In this document: positions 13,790 through 25,942 of the stretch, piece after piece
How the letters are laid out: each line of letters opens with the position of its first letter
How positions within the stretch are numbered: the stretch's first letter is position 1
Assembly: GCF_009914755.1 (NCBI RefSeq)
Contig: NC_060938.1
Direction: 5' to 3' (one strand)
Length of the DNA: 64,000 nucleotides
DNA from: the human T2T-CHM13v2.0 reference genome, Homo sapiens
Position numbers and translations under genes: made by a program
Notes under the pieces: model-generated
The model's database searches: none
What the model saw: only the letters and a program-made list of their open reading frames with translations
Told to the model about the DNA's origin: nothing

Positions 13790-14345
13790 ATATATTTGCA
13801 GCAATGTGGATGGAACTGGAGTTCATTATGTGAAGTGAGTAAGCTAAGCACAGAAAGACAAAGATAGCACGTTCTCACTCGTGTGAAAGCAAATAGATGG
13901 AGTTCATGAAGATAGAGTAGACTGGTGGTTATCAAAGGCTGGGAAGGGCAGAGAGAAAAGGTATGAAGAGACATTGATTAATGGGTACAAATATACAGTT
14001 AGACTTAGTGTTTGATAGATCAGTAGGGTGACTCTAGTTTACAGTGATCTGGTGTACATTTCAAAATAGCTATTACGTTGGTGCAAAAGTAATCACACCA
14101 CTTTGCCATTAGTTATAATGTGATATTAAAATCACATTACATTACTTTTAATGTAATGGCAAAATGGTGTGACTACTTTTGCACCAGTCTAATAGAGAAT
14201 AATTTGAATGTTCCTAGGAGAAAAATAAATGTTTAAGGTAATGGATATTCCAGTTACCCTGATTTGATCTTTACATATCATATGAATGTGTCAAAATGTC
14301 ATTCGTACCTTGAAAATACATATATCTATCATGTATCAATTTCCA
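13790..14345 (+). mobile_element. L1MA 3' end, interrupted by MADE1
   Basis: atttgcagcaatgtggatggaactggag...atgggtacaaatatacagttaga. Confidence 0.85.
14073..14192. mobile_element. Expanded MADE1 (Hsmar1-derived MITE)
   Basis: TIRs ttacgttggtgcaaaagtaat / actacttttgcaccagtctaa with TA target duplication. Confidence 0.88.
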
Positions 14346-16399
14346 AAGATTAATTTAGAAGATTTTATAAGATATATATATATCACTTCTTTCATATATA
14401 TTCTTCTGAATTGATACTTATAATTCACATAAGTATATGTAAATTCTGAATGCCTTCTCTGCCTTTCTCTCCTTGTCTTCCTGGAGACACTTCCTTATCT
14501 TCCATGATTTTGCTCCGAGAATATTCCCTGTTGAGGCTCCCTAACCTTCCCTCTGTCTCTTCCCAAGTGCAGTTGACTCGGGGTGGGGGGGTGCTTAAAC
14601 ATTTTTAGCCATTTTAGACACTTGTATTTGGGCTATTTTCCCACTGTGTTTGCAATTAATTGTTCACAAGCACGCAGCCCTCAAACAGGCTATGTATGAG
14701 CTTCCTAGGGCAGAAACCACCCAACATAGTGATAGGCACATGCTTGGCACTGAAGAAAAACTTGCTGAATGAAAAAATGAATGAACAATTAACTAACCAT
14801 ATGCTATAGGAGAACTAGTGTAATCCAGAGGGGGCAATATCATTTTACAAATGCATCTTGAAATTTGACAATGATGACGTGAACACACAGATTCCACTGT
14901 CCAGGAACAATATCCAAAATAGAAACCGAAGCAAAGTGTTAAGAAAATAGACGAGGTGTTAACAATTATTTTTTTCTTTGGAAAAGTCACCTACTAACCT
15001 TGCAAGAGGCATCATTGTTGATTCATTGAGCTTTGCCCTCAAAAAGGTAAAGAAAACATCCCTAGCACAGTACTCAAAACAATAGGAAGACGAAAAGCAG
15101 TGGGAAATTTGGCCTTGCCCTTCACAGTTCCCTCGAGAATTTTTAGTTCTATTGTGAAGCCTTAGTACTCTGGCTATGACCTCTGTGTACTCCAAGATTG
15201 GGGCAGCTTTGCACATAGCTTATGGATTAAACCCTTGGGACCATCCTATAGCCTGAGCTTTAACTGGTGTCAAGAACATGCACCCAAACCTGCATATTCT
15301 TTTCTTTTGCTTTACAGGGGATGGGGACTCCTTTTTAAACCGAAGCTTTAAAAGAGAGTAGCTAGAATTTATGCTGAAGTGGAGTAACAGGCCTTTGGAG
15401 CTGAGCAGTGTCCTAATGCAGGTGAAAAGCATGTATTGATTACTTAAAGAAAGTTAAAATAAAAGCAATTTTTCTCCCCATTTCGGCACATTGCAGCTTT
15501 TGGCCTATCCACTCATAGCTAAAAAAGCATTCTTTCCTGATAATCAAGCTTCAGCTGTCTGAATTTCAGGCTGAGCCTCTCCTCCTGAGCTCTGCTGAAG
15601 AGCTGCTTTAATTAACCATTATACCACAGATGTTATTGATTTTTTTTTCAAATCTGGTTGAAACATCATTGTGCTGGATCATGGCCAAAACTAAGGCCTG
15701 AATTTGTGTGTGTGCGCTGCTTTTACTCCTTCTGCATACCTTATTAGTCTCCATGTCTGTTAAGTGCAATCCTTAGTATTAACTCAGAAAATATAGAATT
15801 GATTTTTAGCCTAGCAGCCGTGATCTAAGGGCTCCTAATTTGAAATCTGAAAACCTCAGTTGCTGAGGAAGTCTTTCTGCTGTTACTCTACACTTCCTTG
15901 AAGTAAGCTTTTTATTCTTTAATTTAAAAAAGAAATCTCCCTCTGCCTTTTACTTCTTTTTCTTTCACACACATACATTTGGAAGTTTCAAGGGAACATG
16001 AACATCTCTTTGCATTTTGAACGTGTTTGTCGTGAAAGGCCCCAGAGGCTTATTCTTCCCTGCCCTAAATGTTTGACCTGCAATGTAGATTGTATAAGAT
16101 TTTGAAATTGAAGTGTCTTTAACACTTTCCATATTTTGAAGGGAAATTTGGAAGAACTTGAACAGCATTCACTTTGAGCAAATTGCAGGATATCAGAAAC
16201 AACGGGGCATCTGCCTTCCTTTTACAATCCACCTTCCAGTGGGATGATAAACTCAAGGACCAAACAATCACAGTAGGTTCCTAAATTCTGATAAGGTTTC
16301 TGTGAGTTTAGTGATACATTCTTTAAATGTAATTTGAAGCTTTTAAAATACTGTAATGGCAGCTCTTGACCTTTAAAAATCACATGGAGCAAGAGGTGG

Positions 16400-16690
16400 T
16401 GAAAAATGTTTATTTACTCTGCATTAGTGGCTAACCTCCTGTTCCTTCCTAGAACCAGTAGTTCTTTTATACTCGGGAACTCACGCATGTCACCCCCATT
16501 CTTCCAACACGAACCAGACAGGCCCACTTGAGCTGGAGAAACAATGGCCTGTAGCCGGTCCTATGCCTCAGTGCGAAACAACAATGCAGGCCTCTTGACG
16601 AATTCTGGCGTCGCGAGTGGAATCTTGCAGTTCAACATGTCTGCTGAACAGAAGTTGGAAAAAGAAAAGATCATCTTGTAAACAATTAAT
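16400..16690. promoter_or_regulatory. Candidate thyroid/lung enhancer module (FOX + PAX + NKX2-1 motifs)
   Basis: TGTTTATTTAC 16407-16417, TCACGCATG 16481-16489, CACTTGA 16525-16531, GTAAACA 16678-16684, local CpG retention. Confidence 0.5.
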
Positions 16691-17097
16691 TAATGTTTGT
16701 CATGAATTATCATTTTTACTTCCTTCTCAAGAGGCTCAAAGGGAATAAAAAGGCATTTTTGCAGGTGGTGGCATTCAAACTAAGGGCAATCAAAGGTTTG
16801 AGAGCTGAGGCACAGCACTCTGAGTCTCTAAGGGTGAATGGTGCTAGGATTAGAGCACAGCAGGGGGTTGAGGGCTTCAGGTGTGAAGCTTAATGTTTGT
16901 GATCAGCAAAAAAAGTCTTGAATTTATCTAAACTGCTCTTCTGCTAACAGTACTTCTAGCACATAAATGTTCTGAAACTGACAAGTGTTCTCATTGCTCT
17001 TCTAATGCAAACATGATCTGCATTTGAAAGATGCATCCCTTTTGCCTAATTTAGAATGTGCATCACAAAGAGCGTTAGATGATGACCCCACAAAGAG

Positions 17098-17099
<2 letters not shown>

Positions 17100-17143
<44 letters not shown>
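17100..17143. repeat. (CA)n microsatellite, ~21 units
   Basis: Direct reading. Confidence 0.98.
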
Positions 17144-17145
<2 letters not shown>

Positions 17146-19479
17146 CATGCTGCATGCACATACACACATGAAAACTGTCTCTTTCTGGCCTAGATCTTCT
17201 CTGAAGCTCCCAGGAAGGATCCTGCAAGATTGTTTTTCTCCAGATTCCTAAACCAGAGGTTGAGAACTAGGGGCCTCAATAGCCATCTGACCAGTGAATT
17301 CCTCTGATCTTCTACATGAATAATTCCTTTTAATTTGGTTTGGATAACTGTCTAGAATTTATCGTGCTGCATTTTCATTTGCAATCTTCCCTCTGCTTCT
17401 CCCAGCATTGAATTCTATCAGTAGCAAGATATTGAAGAGTATCCAATATATGTAAAAATTTTAAACACACACACCACCAATATTAAAATTTCCTAAGGAA
17501 TTATGACTAATATTTGCAACCCCTAGAACCAATGATCTTGGCAGGCATTGTTGATAGAGGTTGCTAAGTCCATATAAATACATCTGATGGTTTAATGAAT
17601 CCTCTCCGTAATCAATTGTTGAACTCTAATTAAATACTCATTTTCTTTCTATATCATCAATAGAGGTCACCTACTAGGAGAGCTCTAAAGGAAATACTAA
17701 GTTAAAGATTATGAGATATCACTTAGTGAAAATGAGTCATAGGCAAAACTTAGAAGGACCAATATGAATCTTAGCCTTGAGTTACTTTTTAATCTAACCT
17801 TCCCAAACTCTCTCCTATCCCGTAGTACCCACCCATTTTCTTTTCTGCATTCACATTTCCTATTCCCTGTAGTATTCACCTGAAATCATGCAATAAACAC
17901 AGGTTATTGGGGCATGAAGCCTGGAGGCCCTGAGGGATCCAGGATGACAAAGGAAATGTAGGCACAAACTTGCCTCCTTTTGTCTTGACTCTTTTGGAGC
18001 TATTAAGTCAAGTGATGCTCTGAGGTTTATAGTCACCATCCTAGACCATGTCGTGGGATTTTCCCTTGAATCCCAGCATGTAGTACAAACATGTGGGCTT
18101 AAACTTAGGAAAAAAAAACCCAGAAGCTAGAGAAGAGTTTGGGCAAAATGGGCCAAACTAGAATATTATCAGCTCAGGGACATGAAAGGAGAGTTAAAAA
18201 GTTTAGAAGAGGAAGGGATCTGGGAGGAAAGAAGGTGAGCAGAACCCCTGAGATGGAATAGACAGAAAGGAACACCTTTCCTGAAATTCCTGGCAGCTCT
18301 AGTTTGTTAACATCTAAAAGTGGATAAAATGACTTACCAGAAAAAGTAAATTAGTTTCTCAAAACTACTAAAACTCTTCAAACCTAGAGATCTACTTATT
18401 TTCTGTGGTTCCCCATTTTTTGTAAAGATGTTAAAATCCTATTAAAAGCCAAATGCCAACTGCTGTAGAATTATGTAGAAAAAAACAGCGAAAAGAAAGT
18501 AGCAATGGATATGGTGAAACTGAAAAAGACTGGAGTTCATGACACTCTCTATACCCAAAGGTATACTCCAGATTTATTACAGGTACACTGAGGTTGTTTC
18601 TAAGTCCCAGGATTCTGGACCTTGGTTAGGGTGTGTGGCTCTGCCTGTTGGTCTACCCTATGTCCACATCGTCTCTCTGAACCTGCCTAACTTTCCCTTG
18701 CCCCCTTGCTGAACAATGCTCTGCATGTGGCCTTGTCTCTAGGACAGATCATATGACTGGGGGCAGGAGGTTCCCCTTTCTTCCCTGCCACATGCTGCTC
18801 TTCATTCTTACTTTGGATGGCTAAGATAGCATTCACTGGGGCTTGAGGGGAGGGGGCTGAAAAGGTCTCAAATGAGTGAAAAATTGAAAGCCTATGTGGC
18901 TTTTATTGGTATTGGATCAATTGGTCTAGATCTAACTGGAAAATGTTTTACTGTAGGGTGAATTTTACAAAATTATGAACATTTAGCTTTAAAATAAATG
19001 GCATTGATTAATCCAGTCATTACAAATATGTGCAAAGTTGGTATCAGCCTAACACACTCCCCCTACCAGGAAAGACACAGACTGAAACATAGATGGCAAT
19101 GGTTTTCACATTCTTTAAGTGTAAACAATTAGATTCCCCCAACAAGTGTTTAGCTGCAAGTTGCATTAACCCAAAGCAACAAGGAAGAGTTTCAAGGAGT
19201 AAAAACAAAGAATAGTTTTAAGGAGTATTACTAGGAATATATCTTCCTTCTACAGCAGAAAAACTAGATGGGGGGAAGTCCTCCTATAGATTGCTAACGA
19301 ATGCCTCCCCCAACCACCCAAGAAGGAGTTGTTGATGGAAAGAATTAAAAATTGTGACCACTTGAACGGCTCCACTGGTTGGATCTGTCTTTTCCAAAGA
19401 GACTGATCTTTCTAGGACTTCTGTCTGCGTGAGAGGTCCCACCCACCCTGCTACCATTTTAAGGAGACCTGTGAAAGCC

Positions 19480-20620
19480 TCCTTATTTGGCTTCCCTCCT
19501 ACTCCCCCCGTTATGCCACCACTGTGTGCTACTGCTTGAAATTAATCAAGGGCCCCTTCTGGGAAAGGGATTCCTCTTTGAGAGAAACGGAACTGGACAC
19601 TTCTCTGCCTTCCGCGTCCCCTCGCCCTGCCAGCCCCTGCTCCCCAAAGCTCCCCAGACAAAGCCCCAGGACTCCCGACTCCCGCGGAAGCTGCGAGGAG
19701 CCGCAGACCTGCCCTTGCCAGACAGCTGCTGTTTGAACCCAGTTCTGACCGTAAAATCAAAAGTGGGTCCGAGGGAAGCGGTAAACACTGTGCAATGAGC
19801 CTTTTGAAGGCAGCTGATGCCTCATTTGGGGTGACATGTTGTGGCTGATGAGTGTGGATGATGTGGGGTTTTCGATAAGTGCCTCATCAGTATCCTCATC
19901 ATGCTCGTGTTGCTCCGCCGCGGCGTGTGCCCTGACTTGATTGTAATTGCCCGAATCTGCTCCCGCTGCTCAGGCGCGCACAGTAATATGCAATAAAACA
20001 GCAAGAAGTGAATGTTAACCATCTGAGTTCTGACACGGCGGCTCTGCAGTTCAAGATCTCCATTAAGACCGAAAAAAAAAAGAAAAGAAAAAAAGGAAAG
20101 AAGGAATCAGAAAATTCCCAGGGTCTCCTTCTGTGATCCAAGGGAAAGTCCAGAAATTAAGGAGCTGTTTGTTTAGTCTTCTTAGGTCCTCACAGGTAGA
20201 AACTAACAGGTAGTTTGCTAGTGTTTATTTATTTATAATTATTTTTTTTTTACATCCCAGGTGTCGCTGCCCTTGCTGCTTAACTCTAATAGCAGGCACC
20301 GCTGCAGCACTTGCCCAGGTGTGGAGGGTGGTCCAGGTCTTCAGGGGAGGCAGAGACCCTCCTCGCCCCAGTCTGTCAGTGTCCTCCGTAAGCCTTCGGT
20401 TGTTTCAGGTGCTAAATATGTAAGATCCAACTTTTCAGCGAACTCAAAGAGGCAGACACCTGAAGCACTGCTTCATCAAATCACTCACTGCTTACTGGCT
20501 TGGTTTTCAACTTCGCTAACATGCAGAGTGACCTAAATGGTCTCTTCCGTTCTTTCCACAATGACCACACACCTACGGAGGTCGCCTTCTATACTTTGAA
20601 TTAAACCTGCTAGTGTCAGG
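19480..20620. promoter_or_regulatory. GC/CpG-enriched non-repeat element (small CpG island-like enhancer or promoter)
   Basis: Clusters such as ctccgccgcggcgtg, caggcgcgcac, cccgcggaagctgcgaggagccgc in otherwise CpG-depleted DNA. Confidence 0.55.
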
Positions 20621-21409
20621 GACATCGGGAGAACCAACTTCTGGAAACTGAGCTGGTCCCCAGGACTGTGTATTTAGTTTTCAACTGTAAGAAAAGGAAG
20701 TCTATCTGGGAAAGGAGACCTGAGGTGAGCGTGGAGTGATCACCTTTCCTTTCTCAGATGAAATATTTTAAATGAGGGTGCAGTTTTTTTTTTTTTAATA
20801 AGGTAATTTTCTTAAGTAAAGTTAGACTTTGTACAGCCTGGATTTCAATATAGATCTGATGATAAATATGCACACTTGAAAATCTAATTTCCACATTATA
20901 AACCTACTTTTCTTAGCCTTATCCTCTCCCCTTTTCTCCCTGGAATGAACCATAATTGCTTATCCTTTTGTAGGTAACAGCTACTATCCAACCCATTGTC
21001 TACTTAGGAGCATTTCTTAAAGCGTCTCAAAGAAAATACCATATTCTTTGCCGTTTCCTGTTAATTGAGTTCTTTCGGAGCCAGTGGCGTGGTAACTTCA
21101 GAATGAGATTTTAATTACATATGGAAACCTTTACCATTGTTTTTCATTTTAAAGAAAGTAGGGTTTGCTCAAAAGTATTCTTTTTTTCTCTCCCCATTTC
21201 TGGTAGCAACGTCTTTTCCGAACTTTACAAATGCTGTTTGTTTGGACTCTGGGTTTTCTTCTTGCTTAAAAAAAAGCCTCACATCTAAAACTAATCAATT
21301 CGGCCTGCACTCCCACTTGGAAACTCCTATACAGATGGAGTCTCATTAACTGTTTGAATATCTGTATCAGTAACTGTTCAAGAGAAACAATTCCAGCCCA
21401 CATGGATAA

Positions 21410-21784
<375 letters not shown>

Positions 21785-23003
21785 TAAACTTCCTCCTGCC
21801 TGGGCTAGTCCTTCCGAAAAGCAGCCAGAAAGCTCCTCTTCATATGTAGCGAGTGACTGTATGTAACTGCCTCCCTACAACTGCTGCAGGCCACCAAGTC
21901 TTGCCTAAATTCCTGGTAGGTTCAACTTGAATCTTGGGTGGACACAAGAAGAGAATGAAATCACCCTGTGGCTGCTACCCTCAATAATGCCATAGGCGGC
22001 AGCCTTTCTCTTCACCCCAAGGACATGCCTCTCTCTGATAAGGATGTCCTTATCCATCATGTGTTATAAGGCAAGATTTACTCCTGAGTGGTTGGATCAA
22101 ATTCCCATGTGGGGTTATCCCATTCCAGCTTTAAAAATTGCCCCTTGCAAATTCAGGTAGAGAAAACCTTTCCATTTACTTCCTGCCTTAAGCAGGTGTG
22201 CAGTGTTAGCAGCACTATGCTTTCACACAGCTGTTGCTTTTTATCCAAGAAGCGGCTGCATTTCAGAGGTGGGTGCTTCCAGAATAGAGTTCTGGCTCTT
22301 CTAATTAACTTGGCATTCTATTGCAGTTCATAGAATACGTTCCCTTAACAGGTGACATACAAATGAAGGATTTTTAATATCTTAAAGACAGACACATTAA
22401 ATGAATACAATTTTAAAAGAGATTTTAAAAAGCTAAAACAATAATAATTGTATCAGAAAAGCAAAAATGGATAAACAATTTCAGTGAAAGTGTGAGGACC
22501 TTAAATCAGTGTAAGTGTGCACTCTGGGAGGAAAGATGTTAAACCAGGAAATATTATTAAATGCAGCCAGGACCCTAGCAAATTTCTTCTCAGAAACTGA
22601 TGTTTGTGTCTTCTTTTAAAAATCAAAAATTGATTTTAAAGAATGTACAAAGGAGTAATAAGTAATTTAAAAAATATATTGGTACACAGTAGGTTTTTAA
22701 GATTCTGTCCTTAACTAATGTCCATCCATTTTATATGCTAGCCTAGAGAATTAGTAAATTGAAAAGAAAGGTATACAGAACTTTGATACAGAATATCTAT
22801 GTACTTTTATATTCATTTAGGTATTTGCATGTGCACACACAGTGTATATTCACATAAATTTGAAGTAAAGATTTGCAAAAGTTTGTTCCCAAAAATAGTT
22901 CTCTATTGTAATTAAGAAAGAATATGAAAGGAGGAAAATTAATTCTGAAATACCAAGCGCTTTCGTTAAAAGGCAAGTTTAATCAGTAAGAATGCATTTT
23001 GGC

Positions 23004-23036
23004 TTTTATTTTATTTTATTTTTATTTTTATTTTTT
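23004..23036. repeat. (TTTTA)n simple repeat
   Basis: Direct reading. Confidence 0.85.
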
Positions 23037-23172
23037 GCATAAGTCAGCTTTTAGATAGTGCGTCTTAGTGAACCTGATTGGATTCAGGCTCATAAGTTCC
23101 GACGGAATTCTGCACAAGTTGAAGGATGTGCAAAAACTGCAACATCAACAGTTCATTTCAAAAAGATTCCAG

Positions 23173-23196
23173 AAAAAAAAAAAAAAAAAAAAAAAA
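23173..23196. repeat. Poly(A)24 tract not attached to a recognisable retroelement
   Basis: Direct reading. Confidence 0.9.
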
Positions 23197-25730
23197 CTCC
23201 AAACCAAAAAGCAACCCTGTGGTAACATTTCAGCATTAAAAGCTGGGGTTGCCATGGGCACCAGAGAGAAGCTCAGTATAAGGACTGCTGCCTGAGGTTA
23301 CTGGTGGGGGATGGGCATGCCTAGGATGCACAATATGTGGGGCAGCATCATCAGCTGAATGGTAGTGTCTTCATTCTATGGGGCCCCAAAAAATGCCCCA
23401 TACTATTGTACTATTGCTGGTCAGCGGAAGACAATGAGTCTATATGCTTGTGATCCTGTGAAGTGAGAAATAACCAAAGCCCTAGAATTTATAGAGAGAT
23501 AAACTCAAGTTCCTTGGCCAGGCGATATGACCAGGGTTGGAGAGTCAGTTGGTGAGCCCATGTAGCTGCCCACGTCCTAGTCCTTTTCCTGTATGCTGTA
23601 CCTTAGGGAAGTTATTGGCCACACATCCTTTGAGGATGCAGGTTAGCTTGGGTCAGAATGAACCATAAGATGCAAATACAAACCAAAATTTGGTGAGCTC
23701 AATTTGGTAAGCTCAAAACCAGCAAAAGAGTCAGGGAAGGACTCCTTCCATAGTCAAATCTCAAATTTGGGTTTATTCAGGTAAAGCTATAGGGTTGCCT
23801 CCATATCCCCAAATAAATCACCCCTCCTGATGGAGGTCCAACTTTCCCGGCAACCTGAACAGACTTTTGGGCCAGAAATAATATGTGTCCTTGGTCTAGA
23901 AACACAACCCCGGGGTTAATAAGAGCAATCCAACTTATGACTTCTTATATCCTTTTCCATGAACATTAAAGGTTCTATTCCATAATCATTAAAGAAGGAG
24001 CTTTAATGATTAATGGTAAATTGAGAGTAAAAAGTCTGCTAGTCTATTAGTGTCACAAGGAGACTGTCTTAAAGACAATGAAAATGGTGGCTCTTACTGG
24101 TACAGCAGAGAAAATGAGCAAATACCCAAGTGTCAATGAATAAGACATTCCCATCTTTCCTAAACTTGGGACAAAAGAGACAAGCAAAGATCTGAATTTT
24201 ATTCCTTTCTTTTAGCCAATAAGGAGAATTTTAAAGAAAAAGAAATTCATGGAATAAACTAGAAGTGTGCCTCAAGACAGACAAAGGGAATGCAAAATTA
24301 AATTTTTGATGTGAAAGGGAAGGCACAATGAAACCTTCTGGATGAGATACCTTTGGAGAAAATTTCAATTTCACTGTTTCTTTTCTTTCAGGCTTGCTTT
24401 ATTTTTTTCACAGATATGCTCTGTGGAAAGCCTGAAAGCCTTTTTATTATTTCTTATTTTCTTTTTCTTTTTACTATGTGGTACACATTCATTTTTTTTC
24501 ACTTTCCTCCCAATGTTGAAGCAGTTCCCATTTTCTAGTTTTGTTTCTGACACCTAGCTGTGACCAACAATACCTTCCATTGAATCCTTTATTTCATCTG
24601 CTCAGTTTCTCTTATTTCCTCCATCTCTCCTTTTCCTTCACCTCCTCCTTGCCTCTTATTAACCCTCACAGTCCCCAGTATATTGTGATTCTCATAAAGA
24701 TTTATTTCTTTCTTTTCCCAAGCCTAACCTACTTTTCTACATAAACTCAAGTTTATATCCATGATTCTATCTAACTAAATTCATAAACTCAGCCTTTTTA
24801 GCAAACAGGAAATTCATATTAATTTATTATATAGCATATAATTTGGCTTTGTTTTGAGGGTGTTTGCAAGAAGCTATTTTCTTTAGGAGAATGGAGTATA
24901 TTTTAGTCTAAGCATAGAACAGCATCACCAACAGCTTTCTAATACATTGACTTGCTAAGTCACTGACTTCTTAGGGTCTCAAACACAAGAATAGGACACG
25001 ATTTAAATGTGACATGATATTCTTTGCCATTTTTTCATATGGCTTTTCTTGTGGAGGAGTGGTGCATATTCCAGTGAGTGGCATTTATGTAAAGAAAACA
25101 GATCTTTAGGGAGTTAAAGATATGAGAGATGAACTAAAATTTAAAGTTGCCCGGTAATTTCAGTGTCTTGAGCTTCTAGGCACATGGCAATGACATTTGA
25201 GTGTATTCATAATTTTTCACCATGAAAATTCCAAATGTGTGAACGAGAGTTATTTATAATACCCTCCATATTTCAGAATGTGTGCTGTATTTTTCCTCAT
25301 GTTTATATTTTGATGTTATATTTCTCTGTATTAGGTGCTGAAAAACAAGGGAAAAAATGGTCTTGAAAACAAGGAATCATATTTGCCTGTGGATATGGAA
25401 GAGGTAAGCTTTTCTTTAGATAATATAAAGTCAAGTGTGCTTATTTATCAGAAAAAAAGGCTTCATTTATATCTACCAAGAAAGGAATTTTTAAAAACTC
25501 ATACTTTGACTAAACATTCAGAGCTTACACTGTACTGGAGTCTCTGTAAGTTAAGGAACTTATCAGAAAATTGATGAAAGTAGCAAAATAAAAATCAACA
25601 ATAGAATTTTTTACAAACATAATCAATTTGGAAATTTCTTTTTTTTTGGTGGTCTTTTCCACTTTGGAAATAAGGCTTAGGGAAAGCACTTTTAATTTTT
25701 TTCTCTTTAAAGAAACACTTCACTTTTTCA

Positions 25731-25942
25731 TTTTTTTTTTTTTTTCCTGAGACAGGGTCTCTGTCGCCCAGGCTGGAGTGCAGTGGTGTCATCTCACAGC
25801 TCAGTGCAGCCTTACTTCCCAGGCTCAAGCAATCCTCCCACCTTTCAGCCTCCCAAGTAGCTGGGGCTACAGGTGCACGCCACCACACCTGGCTAATTTT
25901 TGTATTTTTTGTAGAGATAGGTTTTCGCCATGTTGCCTGGGG
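25731..25942 (-). mobile_element. Truncated AluJ
   Basis: Right arm plus part of left arm; caggctcaagcaatcctccc. Confidence 0.9.

Noticed and set aside
14822-14836. CTCF-like ccagagggggca
   Set aside because: Spacing is one base off the core consensus; unsupported without ChIP data.
24788-24805. ctcagcctttttagcaaa resembles the MBIP exon 3 acceptor region
   Set aside because: Only ~18 nt of low-complexity match with no flanking similarity; coincidental rather than a pseudogene.
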